Below, piece by piece: positions 1-13,239 of a stretch of 64,000 nt of DNA (positions are counted from its first letter, which is position 1; each line of letters starts with the position of its first letter). A model generated the notes under the pieces. The model had not been told where the DNA came from and did not search any database. It worked only from the letters and a program-made list of their open reading frames with translations. The stretch covers positions 24,552,001 to 24,616,000 of the forward strand of contig NC_043007.1 of the NCBI RefSeq assembly GCF_006345805.1, read 5' to 3'. This stretch comes from Octopus sinensis (taxonomy: Eukaryota). Made by a program: the position numbers and the translations under genes.

Positions 1-281
1 ATGGTATTTTGGAAAAACATAAACAATAGGACGAATCTCAGTCACTTATATTTATATCGAGTTGACATTTATAATATTGATTGTCATCATGGAAAATAAC
101 AACTTTATAATGACACTTCATACGTTGACTGCTGTGTAGGAATGAAAATACCAATATCGGACACAACAGATATACAAAAGCTGTAAATAGATAATACTTG
201 ATTTGAATGATATGAAATTTTGAATCTCAGTTAGAGACTAGGCTGTTGAGAATTATAGATAAGAAAAGAAGAAGGGAAAGT

Positions 282-455
282 GGTGGTATATGACTTAGTG
301 GTTAGGGTGTTGGACTCATGATTGTAAGATTGTGGTTTCGATTCCTGGACCAGGCAATGTGTTTTGTTGTTGAGCAAAACGCTTCACTTCACGTTGCTTC
401 AGTCCACTCAGCTGGCAAAAGTGAGTAATCCTGCAATGGACCAGCATCCCATACA
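282..455 (+). mobile_element. tRNA-derived SINE head (family E), degenerate
   Basis: A-box-like 'gacttagtggttaggg' and B-box-like 'ggtttcgattcc', then body 'ttgagcaaaac...cagtccactcagctggcaaaa' shared with 4429-4575 (+), 3385-3670 (-) and 50895-51153 (-). Confidence 0.8.
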
Positions 456-595
456 TATGAGTGGGTGCTGAAAAGTTCCTGGTTTTAAAGGTTTCGCAAA
501 AAGCCTGGATGAAGGCCCAACATTCTCAGTTCTTTTACATGGTTTCAAAATACTGAAGGACCACTGCAATAAGTGTATGAATCTGAGAGGGGAAT

Positions 596-870
596 CATCA
601 TCATCATCATCATCATCGTTTAGCGTCCGCTTTCCATGCTAGCATGGGTTGGACGGTTCAACTGGGGTCTGGGAAGCCAGAAGGCTGCACCAGGCCCAGT
701 TTGATCTGGCAATGTTTCTACGGCTGGATGCCCTTCCTAACGCCAACCATTCCGTGAGTGTAGTGGGTGATTTTTACGTACCACCGGCACAGGTGCCAGA
801 CGAGTCTGGCAAACGGCCACGATCAGATGGTGCCTTTTATGTGCCACCAGCACGGGGGCCAGGCGAGGCT
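596..870 (-). mobile_element. Family D non-autonomous retroelement with (GAT)n tail, probably RTE-related
   Basis: Reverse complement of 'ggttggcgttaggaagggcatccagc...ccaacccatgctagcatggaaagcggacg' + (gat)n; at least 8 copies in the window. The RTE link is from recalled similarity. Confidence 0.8.
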
Positions 871-1968
871 ATGTTGAATAAAATCATAATTAACTGAAGA
901 GTGTCCAGGCATTGAAACCATACCACAACAGACAATTGGAATCTGAACAGCTCTTGACAACCCATGCCAGTATAGAAAACAGACTTTAAACGATGATGAT
1001 GATGATTAATCATCATCATCAACATATAATCTCCATGTATGGGTTGGATGGCTCGACATGTTCCCATGTGTCAGATGACTACATCATGTTCCAGTGTCTG
1101 TTGTTGCATGGTTTCTGCAATTGGATATCCTTTATGGGCTCACCTCACTACCTCTCTATATCTGACACCAACCATTACACACACACCCACAAACACCTCC
1201 CCACTACCCAGTCACCACATGATCCATAACCAAATTTCTACAAATTCCATCTGCAATAAATATTTGTTGAAAACGTTTTACAGACAATCAAAAATAAGAT
1301 AGATTGGCACTGCAATCTGAACTTTGAAAATCTTTGAATTCAATGAAACACTAAGAACAATTTTAAATGCAATATTCAATCCTTTTGACAATGGTTGTTT
1401 GTAAACATGAAGTTCTGACTTCTGCCATTTTAACTCATCATGAAAACGGAAGCTTCTAGAATCACTTTATTCATATCAAATCAAATCAAATAAATACTCA
1501 GCTTCATTGCACAGTTCAGTGATTGTTCCCCCAATCTCTGCAAAAAGTTCATGCAATTAACCAAAAATTGACTTTATTTGCATATGTTATTAACTAATCA
1601 ATTTTACATACAGCTCTGTATTTTGAAAAGTTATGCAATTAACACCAGATTATGCAATTACCTAGTATGTAATTAAGTGGAATTGATTGTACTTTTAGAA
1701 TAGCGAATGTTTTAATCAATAGTCAGAAGACATATGAGTTTGACAACTGGGATTATTATCATGTGCAATGCTCCAGAAGCATTGCAGGTGTGGTTGCATG
1801 GTAAGTATTCATCACAGCTGTATAATGAATGGCAATATGAAACTTTGAGTAAGAGTTCTGTGATAATTTTGCAGCTTTAATAAGAAGTATATTACTCTAC
1901 CTTTGGTATTTGAGTACAATTTTTTTTTCCACCTTGTTTTGTACTTAGGTTCTCACCTCTGTGTGGAA

Positions 1969-2000
<32 letters not shown>

Positions 2001-2127
2001 CATCACGTCACGTGACCGACCAGACCATCAGATGTTGTTACACATCGCTGGTCACAATGCGTTCGCATTGTTTTAGCCTTTGAATGACACCACTCCGCTG
2101 GCTAAGTGAGCAGGCCAATATATATAT

Positions 2128-2166
<39 letters not shown>

Positions 2167-2177
2167 GGACACACAAA

Positions 2178-2731
2178 GACCTGTTGAGGCAAGAGTAGTC
2201 GATATCGAACCTCATCCGACAACAGGCACCTATGCCAACCCCCCTTTGCTTGCGAAGACCTGTTGGGGCAAGTGAAATCAAAATCGGAATCGAAATTGAA
2301 CCAATCCTATGACTGGCACCCGGCAGATGCCAGGACCCCTGGACTGGAGATACGTAAAAAGCACTATCCGAATCGTGGCCGATGCCAGCGCCGCCTCGAC
2401 TGGCTTCCGTGTCGGTGGCACGTAAAAGGCACCATCCGAATCGTGGCCGAAGCCAGTGCCGCCTCGACTGGCTTCCGTGCAGGTGGCACGTAAAATGCAC
2501 CAATCCGACCGTGGCCGATGCCAGCCTCGCCTGGCACCAGTGCAGGTGGCACGTAAAAAGCACCCACTACACTCATGGAGTGGTTGGCGTTAGGAAGGGC
2601 ATCCAGCTGTAGAAACATTGCCAGATAAGACCGGAGCCTGGTGCAGCCTTCTGGCTTCCCAGATCCCCGGTCGAACCGTCCAACCCATGCTAGCATGGAG
2701 AATGGAGTTAAACGATGATGATGATGATGAT
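2178..2731 (+). mobile_element. Family D element with three ~61-bp internal tandem units and (GAT)n tail
   Basis: Repeats of 'ggtggcacgtaaaa..catccgaatcgtggccgatgccag' at ~2360-2555, then the family D 3' body and gatgatgat. Confidence 0.85.
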
Positions 2732-2764
2732 ATATATATATATATTATATATATATATATATAT

Positions 2765-3008
2765 ATGAGCAAAAGCCCACCCCCCACTTCCAATGGACAA
2801 TGCTGATGCACTTACGTGTACAAATGCACGTTCCCATGGCTTTATCGATTGCATTCTCTCCTAGAACCAATTTTTGTAATTTTTTCAAGACTTATACATG
2901 CCCTGATACCGTTGGTATCTACATATCAAATTTGAGTGCAACTGGATGAAGGATGCCCGAGATCCTAGAAGACACACACACAGACAAAATGGATTTTATA
3001 TAAGATAT
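2765..3008. mobile_element. Possible Helentron/HINE-type non-autonomous element
   Basis: Flanked by (TA)n and ends in '(ca)n gacaaaatggattttatataagat', which resembles HINE termini as I recall them; single copy here. Confidence 0.3.
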
Positions 3009-3384
3009 ATATATATATGAGTTTGTCCCTGTGCAAGAAACTTGCTTCCCAACCACATGCTTATGGGTTCAGTCCCACTCTGTGGCACCTTGGGCAAGTG
3101 TCTTCTACTATAGCCTCGGGCCAACCAAAGCCTTGTGAGTGGATTTGGTTGACAGAAACTGAAAGAAGCCCATCATATATATATAATATTCTTTTATTTG
3201 TTTCAGTCATTTGACCCCCAGACTTATTCTTGGTAAACCTAGTGCTTATTCTATCAGTCTCTTCTGCTAAACTGCTAAGTTACCGGGACATAAACACACC
3301 AACATCTTCTATATAATGCTGACTATCTTCAGGCCATTTCGAAATGTCCACTGCCAAGTGATCTTGAGCCTACCCCTTTTACAC

Positions 3385-3670
3385 CTGCCCTCAGGGGGTA
3401 CCCAAGTTATAAAGTAATAGTAAAGTTACCATCTTGAGTCATACAGAGTGATAAGGGCTGGTTTCCCAGTTTCCATGGCATATATATTTCCCACCTGGAG
3501 GGGACACTGGTCTGTTGAAGGGTTTCTCATTTTTGCCAGCTGAGTGGACTGGAACAATGTGAAATGAAGTGTTTTGCTCAAGAACACAACACGTCACCCT
3601 ATCCAGGAAGTGAAACCAGAAGTTTATGATCATGAGTGTAAGACCTTAACCACTAAGCCACGCTCCTCCA
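3385..3670 (-). mobile_element. tRNA-derived SINE (family E)
   Basis: Reverse complement of head 'tggaggagcgtggcttagtggttaaggtc...' plus body; head region locally duplicated at ~3820-3968. Confidence 0.75.
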
Positions 3671-3929
3671 ATACCCATGTCATTGCTGTTTTCAAGTGGT
3701 TCTCAACCATTTTTTGCCTATAGACCCCTCTGATTCTACTGGACGCTCAAGAACATTAAGGACTTTACTATTCAATGTATTCTTCACTGTTGCTGTTGGA
3801 TGGAGGATGCCCAACAACACATTGCCCTGTCCAGGAAGTGGAACCAGAATTTTATGATCATGATTGCAAGACCTTAACCACTAAGCCACTTGCCTCCACT
3901 ACCCAAGTCATAGCTGTTTTCAAGTGCTT

Positions 3930-4173
3930 CAGTGGTTCCCAACCATTTTTTGCCTATAGACCCCTCTGATTCCTCTTTTATTCTACTGGACCTCCATAAC
4001 CAATCACTGTTTACATACAAAAAAAATCATACTATATTTTTATAATTAAATATTAAGAATTGTATTAAAAAATTGAAATATTTTGTGTATTGTAGAATTA
4101 TAAACCAATTTATTCTACATAAATTTTAACAACAAAATCTTATATGGACCCCCAAGGGTTATATGAACCCCTG
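3930..4173. mobile_element. hAT (Charlie-like) MITE
   Basis: Starts 'cagtggttcccaacc'; interior homologous to 4182-4428 (inverted) and 5361-5604. Confidence 0.7.
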
Positions 4174-4181
4174 GGCTAGAT

Positions 4182-4428
4182 CATTGGTTCTCAGCAGGGA
4201 TGCACATGGCCCTTGGAGGTCAATGAAAGATTTTGCTGTTAAAATTTATATGTAATAAATTGGTTATAATTCTACAATACACAAAATAAATTATTTTATT
4301 CAGTTCTTAATAATATTTAATTATAAAAATACAATAGTGTTTTTTAAACATTGAATGGATATGAGGGTCCGGTAGAATAAAATAGGAATCACAGGGGTCC
4401 AAGGACAAAAAATGGTTGAGAACTATTG
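4182..4428. mobile_element. hAT (Charlie-like) MITE, inverted relative to 3930-4173
   Basis: Termini 'cattggttctcag' and 'gttgagaactattg'; interior is the reverse complement of the neighbouring copy. Confidence 0.7.
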
Positions 4429-4564
4429 GGTGGAGGCGCGTGGCTTAGTGGTTAAGGACTTACACTCATGATCATAAACTTCTGGTTTCACTTCCTGGAT
4501 AGGGTGACGTGTTGTGTTCTTGAGCAAAAAGCTGGCAAAAATGAGAAACCCTTTAACAGACCAG

Positions 4565-4906
4565 TGTCATGGTCCCTCTTGCTGGTTGATTGATCCTTAG
4601 AATCTTTGAGAAGATTCTGCCTCGGAATTTTCCAGGAAGTCCCATCCTTGGAACTTTTCAGGAAGTCATCGGAATGTTCCAGGAAATCTCATCCTCGGAA
4701 TTTTCCAGGAAGTCCCATCCTCGAAAATTTCCATGAAGTCCTTGGAATTTTCCAGGAAATCTAACTCCGGAACTTTCCAGGTAGTCCTCAGAATTTTCCA
4801 GGAAGTCCCATCCTCAGAACTTTCCAGGAAGTCTCTCATCCTCCTTTGTGTCATGGTCCCCCCTGCCGGTTGATTGATCCTTAGAATCTTTGAGAAGATT
4901 CTGCCT
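4565..4906. repeat. ~26-bp minisatellite bracketed by a 58-bp direct repeat
   Basis: About 8 units of 'ggaattttccaggaagtcccatcctc' (4625-4842); 4565-4622 is repeated at 4849-4906. Confidence 0.85.
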
Positions 4907-5360
4907 ACAAGAAAAAGGAATACATTGAAAAATGTATTTCTAGATACATGATATCTGAATAATAGATGGAATAGCCATGGTTGGAACATCTTTGATGCTA
5001 GATTTCCTGGACCAGAGTCTAACCATAAATTAAACAACAGCAACAGTGAAGAATACATTGAATAGTAAAGTCCTTAATAGATTATGTTCAAATAAAAGAT
5101 AAGACGATCATAGCTGTGACCTCCTTTTGAAGGGTGGGGTTGGAGAACGATTTAGCTGCTATTTCTAGTAGATCAAGCAACCACATAAATCTTGCTCAGG
5201 TCTGATCTTTGGCTAAATGACAATGTATTCTGTTTTACAAATTTTATATGCTGATGTTTCTTTCTTTGCCAACACAGGCCATCAGGGATTAACAGACACT
5301 CCTGTAATTAGGGTTTGGGGTAATTAGCAATGGCAAGAACCTATTAATAAGCTTTTATGG

Positions 5361-5604
5361 CAGTGGTTCTCAACTGGAGTCCATATTACCCTTGGGGAAC
5401 CGTACAAGATTTTGTTGTTAAAAATTATAGTTATGCTGCTACGATACATAAAATAATTTAGCAATTTTTTTTCTTCAATTCCTAATAATGTCTAATTATA
5501 AAAATATGATAGGGCTTTTTTAAACATTGAATAGCTATGAGGGCTGAATAGAGGAAAATTGGTATCCAAGGGAGTTCATGGTCAAAAATGGTTGAGAACC
5601 ACTG
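5361..5604. mobile_element. hAT (Charlie-like) MITE
   Basis: Perfect 14-bp TIR cagtggttctcaac / gttgagaaccactg; no clean 8-bp TSD seen. Confidence 0.8.
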
Positions 5605-5624
5605 TTTATGTAAAAGGAAGAAAG

Positions 5625-6005
5625 TATTGGGTTGTCCAGAAAGTTCATGCCGATTTTTAAAGGAAAAAAAGCCAATAAATACTTACCATTACATTTTTAA
5701 TCAAATATGAACCATTTTGTTGTACAATGCGTCTCCATCTTTCCTTTAACTTGAAAATACCCTCTTCCCAGAATTGAGGTGGTTTCATGGCAAAGAATTC
5801 ATCAAAGTATCTTTTTACGTCATCCAAGGAATTGAAATTTTTACCATTAAAACTATTCTGCAGAGACCTGAATAAGTGGAAATCCAAAGGAGCAATATCT
5901 GGTGAATATGGAGGGTGGGGTAACACATCCCAGCCGAGCTGCAGCAATTTTTGTCTGGTTCCCAAAGCATCAAGTGCCGAAAATGCACTTTCTTATCTTC
6001 CATTT
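5625..6005 (-). pseudogene. mariner transposase 3' fragment with TIR
   Basis: ORF 5657-5965: LGWDVLPHPPYSPDIAPLDFHLFRSLQN...W..GI.KL.ERW; mariner-type TIR 'tattgggttgtccagaaagttcatgccgatttt' at 5625. Confidence 0.92.
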
Positions 6006-6184
6006 TAAAGGGTTACAAAATTAACACAGGTTATAGGAACATAAACCTTTAAGATAGCTTAAACTGTGCTCTAAATGGAGGTGTAGTCAAATCCTATTTT
6101 ATGGACTCAACCATGTTCTAAAATAAGTCGAAAGGTAAGTTACTATAAACCGGCACAAACTTTCCAGACAACCCAATAGAATGG

Positions 6185-6605
6185 GAAGAGGAGAGAAAAT
6201 AATGAAGTGAGGAAGGAAGGAAGAGAAAAAGAAAAGAAGAGGAGGCAGGAGAGAGAGAACAAAGAAAAAGAGGAAGGAATGAAGTAGGAATGAAAGAAGA
6301 GAGAACGGAAGGAAAAGGAAAGAGGAGAAAAGGAAAAGTAATGAAAGAATCAAGGAAGGAAGAGAGAAAAGGATGAAAGAAAAAATAAGGAAAATCAAAG
6401 GTTTTTTAAAAGAGGAAGGAATGAAAGGAAGAAATGAAGGAAGAAAAGAAAGAAGGAAAACAGAGAGAAATGGAAGGAAGAAAAGAAGAAATGGAGAGAA
6501 GGCAAGAAAGAAGAACAAGTGAAATGAATGAAGGAATGAAACAAGGAAGGAAGGATGGTGAGAAGGAAAAGTGGAAGGCAGAAAGAAAAAGAGGAATGAA
6601 AGAAT
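6185..6605. repeat. Purine-rich (GGAA/GAAA) low-complexity tract
   Basis: Almost only G and A on the + strand. Confidence 0.9.
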
Positions 6606-7711
6606 TATTATCTAATTATTAGTAAAAACTCAGTCGGACACAGATATTAGTTTTTGTTGCCATGGAAACATAAAGCGAATGTATGTTTGGTTTTTTCGTT
6701 TTCTTTCCATCATCAAAATTCCTTCTTGTTTTTTTTTCTTATCACAAATGTCAATGTTATCCCCTCCTCTTCCTCATCCATTGTCATCATCATCATCATC
6801 ATCATCATCATAGGCATAGGCATGGCTTTGAAACCACATGGTTTGGATTTGGTTCCATTGTACAATACTTTGGGCTTCTGTGTCTTCTGCTATAGTCACG
6901 GGTTGACCAATATCTTGTGAGTAAGTTTTGTAGGTGGAAACTGTGGAAGCCTATTGCACACACACACACGCACACTCACTTGCACACACAAACACACATG
7001 CATGTGTGTGGCTGTGTGGTAAGAACTTCCCAGCCACTTGATTCTGGGTTCAGTCCCACTGCATGGTACCTTGGAAAAGTGTCTTTTATTAGAGCATCAG
7101 GTCAACCAAAGCCTTGTGAGTGGATTTGGTTGATAGAAATTGAAAGAAGCATGTCGTATCTATATATATATATATATATATATACATATCATCATCATCG
7201 TCTGCCTTCCATGATAGCATGGGTAGGATGGTTTCATAAGAGCCGACCAGGCAGAAGCTTGCACCAGACTTGTTCAGCAAAAGAGAACAATAGAATAAGT
7301 TTCAAGCTTAAAAATGAAGTACTAAACCCTTGAAAGCAGTGCTCCAGCATGGACACAGTCAAATGAGTGAAACAAGTAAAATATAAACGATAAAGAGACC
7401 CTTATCACCACCACCACCACCATTACCACCATCATCATCATCATCATTATCACTGTGAGCCAACAAGAGACGCTCTGCATCTTCTACAGGATTGCTCAAT
7501 CTGCTGCAAGAAACAGCAACCAAATCTTGTTCAAAACGTCACTCATTGTCTTAAGATAAAGAAGAACACATTGAGTGATATAACCCCAGATACCCCTTGA
7601 CAGATAGAAGCAGAGGGAGTCAGAGTCAGAGGAATTTTGATTATATTGTTTTAACCACTGGTTTTGCATGTTAGGATTGCAGCAAAAATATCTCCCTTGG
7701 ATTAATACTTG

Positions 7712-7920
7712 TTTTGATCCATGGCTCACTTTCTGAACTCATGAGGCTTCATCAACCAAGAGGAGGTGGAAGCTTCAGTGAAGGAGTTCTTAGTGTCAAA
7801 GGACAATAAATGGTATCAGCATGGGATCAAAGAACTGGCAAGGAGGTGGCTTCAGGCAGGACATCATGATGGCCTCTACTTTGAATGCTCGGCTGTTTTT
7901 GTTGTAACTTGATGAATAAA
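7712..7920 (+). pseudogene. mariner transposase C-terminal remnant
   Basis: Translation from 7712: F*SMAHFLNS*GFINQEEVEASVKEFLVSKDNKWYQHGIKELARRW...DGLYFE, the mariner C-terminal pattern with stops. Confidence 0.8.
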
Positions 7921-9297
7921 GCAAATGAATTACCAAATTATTGCCTTCTTGTCTTGAGACAGCATTCACCCGGGGTGGGTTGAGCTGGCTTCATTCATCC
8001 TCAATGCTGCATCTCTCACAAACGCCGACCAGGTCTGGCAATTTGAGGCTAATGACCATATGATCTCCAACCACTCCTTATTTCAGCGGCGAACACCATA
8101 GATATGGGGGCCTAGGTTGGGTTCCATATCAGCCTTGACTGTCATCAGCCAGGTTTTTCGTTGTCCACCACATCGCTTTCGCCAACATTGAAGGGGAGCT
8201 GGGGCAATTGCTTCGTTGAAGAATTCTGGTTGACGACGGAATTATTGCAAAACTCTTGTCTCAATACAATAGGACTGACCTTGTACCAAACAACAACAAC
8301 AATGCTAATTTAGTGCTTCTGAGAGTCATCCTCAGGCACTTGAGGTGACCACCACCACCACCACCACAACAACAACAACAATGCTAATCATCATTATTGT
8401 TGTTGTTGTTGTGTCCAACCAAACACAAGATCTGCACAAACTGCCAGACCCAGTCCTTCTTTCCAAAACATCACCCCCCCCCCACTTGGAAGTTTCAATC
8501 CCTGCTCATGTCATTCCTGTTTAAGACACTATTTTTCATCATAGTTTAGTGAGGAAGAGAGGAACAGGTAATGGCCCACACCTTCATTCTGGGACTGAAA
8601 TGACTAATGGCTAGTTTAAACAGATGTAGGTTAATATCTTCAGAAAATCATATGGGAAACAATGAAATTCCAGAAGGTTGATGAGTGGAAGCATTATATA
8701 CAGTTGCTGTGATTTAGCTGCAGGTCAGCAGTCAGCCCCGATTCAGTAGTTTTCTTTTTTAGTTTATGTGGTGTATGCGGGAGATTTGAAGTAAGACATC
8801 TACCTTCTCTTCATTGACGCAGACCTCTCCAGTGGTAACGCACCCTTCCACATGGCCTGACCCGAATGCTAAAAATAGCAGCTGCTTTCCCTCACCTTGT
8901 TGAAGCGCTCACACATCAAGCACTGTCGACTACCCTGATCGAAAAGGCCCAATCATCCCCTGCTTGCATGCACAACACTCCCGTGCCCTTCCTCTTCCTG
9001 TCAGCTCCCCAGCTGCTGACGTCATCCCACAGTTTAGTTTAAGCCCTTCCACTCTCTGTAGAATACCAGGCACCAACAAGCTTTCTCTACTGTCCTTAAC
9101 TGGGCTGTCTTTTCCACTTCTTTCCATTTGGATCCCTGGTTTTTAGATCTGACTCCGTATCCTGCCTTTTTACTTGAGAGAAGGTTTTTCCTTTCCCAGC
9201 CTTTGTTGGTTTTGAATTGTCATCAATATTTATATAACTTTGCTTTTTCTAGGAAAGAGTGTTGGCCCTGTGCAAACCTATTTCTACTTCTAAGAGT

Positions 9298-9680
9298 GGA
9301 GGCACAATGGCCCAGTGGTTAGGGCAGCGGACTCGCGGTCATAGGTTCGCGGTTTCGATTCCCAGACCGGGTGTTGTGAGTGTTTATTGAGTGAAAACAC
9401 CTAAAGCTCCACGAGGCTCCGGCAGGGGGTGGTGATCCTTGCTGTACTCTTTCACCACAACTTTCTCTCACTTTTACTTCCTGTTTCTGTTGTACCTGTA
9501 TTTCAAAGGGCCGGCCTTGTCACTCTCTGTGTCACGCTGAATATCCCCGAGAACTACGTTAAGGGTACACGTGTCTGTGGAGTGCTCAGCCACTTACACG
9601 TTAATTTCACGAGCAGGCTGTTCCATTGATTCGGATCAACCGGAATCCTCATCGTCGTAACTGACGGAGTGCTTCCACAC
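9298..9680 (+). mobile_element. tRNA(Arg)-like SINE (family A), full length
   Basis: Head 'ggaggcacaatggcccagtggttagggcagcggactcgcggtc...ggtttcgattccc'; near-identical copy at 41593-41975; short 'tctaaga' duplication on both flanks. Compatible with the published octopus OR SINEs (not verified). Confidence 0.9.
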
Positions 9681-9704
9681 CTCTAAGAAGAGGTGATCCA
9701 TATT

Positions 9705-9810
9705 AGTCTGGCCTTATCCTTTGACCTGTCTTGTATGGGAAGCCCTACCTGATGCTTGTGTTTTGCTGGCACAGCTCCCAGAGCCATTGGGCGCGCTAGC
9801 AACCACATCA
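9705..9810 (-). mobile_element. Possible RTE LINE 5'-UTR remnant
   Basis: 'tatcctttgacctgtcttgtatgggaagccctacc...ggcacagctcccagagccattggg' resembles the reverse complement of RTE 5' UTR motifs as I recall them; no ORF recovered. Confidence 0.35.
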
Positions 9811-10424
9811 TAAAGACTGGACCTTGTAGTGGCTGGTTCAGTAGATCTATACCCCAAATCATTCCATCATTCCAGAATTTTTCTTACGTGTTGGAAAATC
9901 AGGATCTCATTAACCCACGTGTCCTTTTCTAAAGTAGTAGGGTGAGCTTTGACTGAGTTTTAACTGTTGTTTCTAGCTGGTTGAGCAAATACATAGAGTC
10001 TGCCTCAATCTGATGCATGTAGTAGTTACTGTAGGTGTTTGGAGGCACGACACAATAAATATAATGAGAGAAAGGGAGACAGGTGTGCCACTGAGGCTTG
10101 GATTGAGGTGCCATAAACTCTGGAAGGTAGGCTGCATTGAATGGTATGAGGTTGAGCAGTCACTGAGCTTGAGGAAGTAGTAGTCTGAGGAACTGATAGA
10201 TGAAAAAAATGAAGATAGTTTTGTAAAGGTTAGTTTTGAAGATGAAAAATATATCAACAGCATTTTGTGCATCTGTGTCAAACAAGGATGATATTTGATG
10301 ATACTAAGTGATCTGGAGAGTTCAAAATGTCAACAGATTCTTGTTCATACCCTACAGCTTTGGTGTGGGAGAAGTGGTAGAGAGAAGAGGAGTTGCATGT
10401 GGTGTGTGTGTGTGTGTATATATA

Positions 10425-10472
<48 letters not shown>

Positions 10473-10476
10473 TATA

Positions 10477-10555
<79 letters not shown>

Positions 10556-10660
10556 CATACATACGCACGCACACATGCAAACACACACACACATACACAT
10601 ATATATATATCATTTAATGTTTGCCTTCCATGCTGGCATGGTGGAAACATATATATATAT

Positions 10661-10943
10661 ATGGCCCAGTGGTTAGGGTAGCGGACTCGCGGTCGTAGGA
10701 TCGCTGTTTGATTCCCAGACCGGGTGGTGTGAGTGTTTATTGAGCGAAAACACCTAAAAGCTCCACGAGGCTCCGGCAGAGTGTGGTGATCCCTGCTGTA
10801 CTCTTTCACCACTCTTTCTTCTCTTGGCCTACTCACTTAGCCAGTGGGGTGGCGTCATTCGAAGGCTAAAACAATGCGACCGCATTATGACCAGCGATGT
10901 GTAACAACATCTGATGGTCTGGTCGGTCACGTGATCACGTGAT
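10661..10943 (+). mobile_element. SINE family A head with an alternative 3' tail (A2)
   Basis: Family A head, then tail 'ttggcctactcacttagccag...ggtcggtcacgtgat'; the tail is also at 2001-2118 (-). Confidence 0.8.
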
Positions 10944-10952
10944 ATATATATG

Positions 10953-11290
10953 TTATTTAGAGATAGAAGTCCCCATGCAATTCATCAAATCCTAATACAC
11001 ATCACACCGTATAATACAATTTTATTTTAATAAATCACTAATCATTTCTAAATTTCTCTGCTACACGTGTTTCTTGAGGTTCGTTTTACCGTTCCTTAAA
11101 CACGCAGTCTTTTACAGGAACATTTCTTAAACGTAATCCCAATCGTCAGGCCTCTTAATAACTTTATTATAATTCAATACCAATTTCTATATTTTAACAG
11201 TTACAAATGTAATTAACAGACAAATATGCATATGTGCAAATAAATTCGCCGAACCTTGCTGTGCAAGCCATAATTTGATTAAAAAATATA
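10953..11290 (-). mobile_element. Penelope-like terminal (pLTR-type) fragment with hammerhead motif
   Basis: Hammerhead motif at 11060-11151 (-); 10953-11055 is homologous to both arms of palindrome 49798-49997; begins at a (TA)n tract. Confidence 0.6.
11060..11151 (-). ncRNA. Type I hammerhead ribozyme candidate with long stem II insert
   Basis: Minus strand: gc-CUGACGA-uuggg-(59 nt)-cucaa-GAAAC-acgu-GUA-gc; palindromic stem III ACACGUGU; stem I only 2 bp. Confidence 0.5.
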
Positions 11291-11368
11291 AAAAAATTTA
11301 CAAAACTAAATTCAAACATGACTTATGCCTATAAAAATGCATATAAATTATTAATATCTCTTTCTCTC

Positions 11369-11763
11369 TTTTACTTGTTTCAGTCATTTGACCGCGGCCA
11401 TGCTGGAGCACCGCCTTTAGTCGAGCAAATTTACCCTGGGACTTATTCTTTGTAAGCCCAGTACTTATTCTATCGGCCTCATTTGCCAAGCCGCTAAGTG
11501 ATGGGGACGCAAACACACCAGCATCGGTTGTCAAGCAATGCTAGGGGGACAAACACAGACACACAAACACATACATATATATATATATATACATATATAC
11601 GACAGGCTTCTTTCAGTTTCCGTCTACCAAATCCACTCACAAGGCATTGGTCGGCCCGGGGCTATAGCAGAAGACACTTGCCCAAGATGCCACGCAGTGG
11701 GACTGAACCCGGAACCATGTGGTTGGTTAGCAAGCTACTTACCACACAGCCACTCCTGCGCCT
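11369..11763 (-). mobile_element. Bipartite tRNA/CORE-like SINE (family B) with central microsatellite
   Basis: Head 'gcaggagtggctgtgtggtaagtagc...gggttcagtccc', CORE-like 'cttgggcaagtgtcttct', central (TA/CA)n, tail 'ccagcatggccgcggtcaaatgactgaaacaagtaaaa'. Confidence 0.9.
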
Positions 11764-12255
11764 AATATGTAGGAATGAAAATTAAAATATATACTAGTGA
11801 TGATATAATAATGAAAACAATGACAAAGAAATATATATGCAAATAAAAACTATATTTAAAAGTGGACGTAAACAAATGCGAATGAATGACAAGGCAGAGT
11901 CTGTAACAATGTATATCTTCTTGAAAAACTCAATAACTTCTAAACTGGAGTTGGGAGAGCATGTTCTTTATCTATCTCCTTAACTTCTTGGAGATTTTAG
12001 GTATAATTATACTAATATGACCATCTGTTCTAATTTAAATTAAATTCTATGTCTCTGTGCAGCTGAGGATTGCTCTGCATTTTAAATTGATGTAATCATT
12101 GGATTGTTCAATTAAATAGAGTTGCATGAAATGATCATGTGGTTGGGAAGCAAGCTTCTTACCATACAACCACACTTCACCTATGTATATATATGTATAC
12201 ACACACACACATGTGTGTGTGAGTATGTGTGTATATATATATATATGTATGTATG

Positions 12256-12325
<70 letters not shown>

Positions 12326-12489
12326 TATGTATGTATGTATATATATGTATATATGTGTGTGTATATATATATATATATAATTAATATTAATATTAGGGAA
12401 GTTATTTCCGAGTCCACAGGGGAGAGAAGTTCAATTTAGTGGTACTAAAATGAATTACTCACTATATCATATACATATATATATATATA

Positions 12490-13085
<596 letters not shown>

Positions 13086-13239
13086 TTATATATAACATAT
13101 GTGAGTGCATGAGTGTGTGACCCCTTAATATCATTCTTATATTAGATATTAATAAGTAAGAAACGAGTGCTAGCATATTGTGTGACAGTCCTGGTGTGTT
13201 GGCAAACAATAATTTCCTGATCTTTCTGCGATGGCACCC

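Noticed and set aside
6099-6622. F/L/S-rich and E/K/R-rich ORFs
   Set aside because: Translations of the purine-rich low-complexity tract
10295-10681. [10 protein letters not shown]-type ORFs here and throughout the ORF track
   Set aside because: Translations of (TA)n, (CA)n and (TATG)n microsatellites
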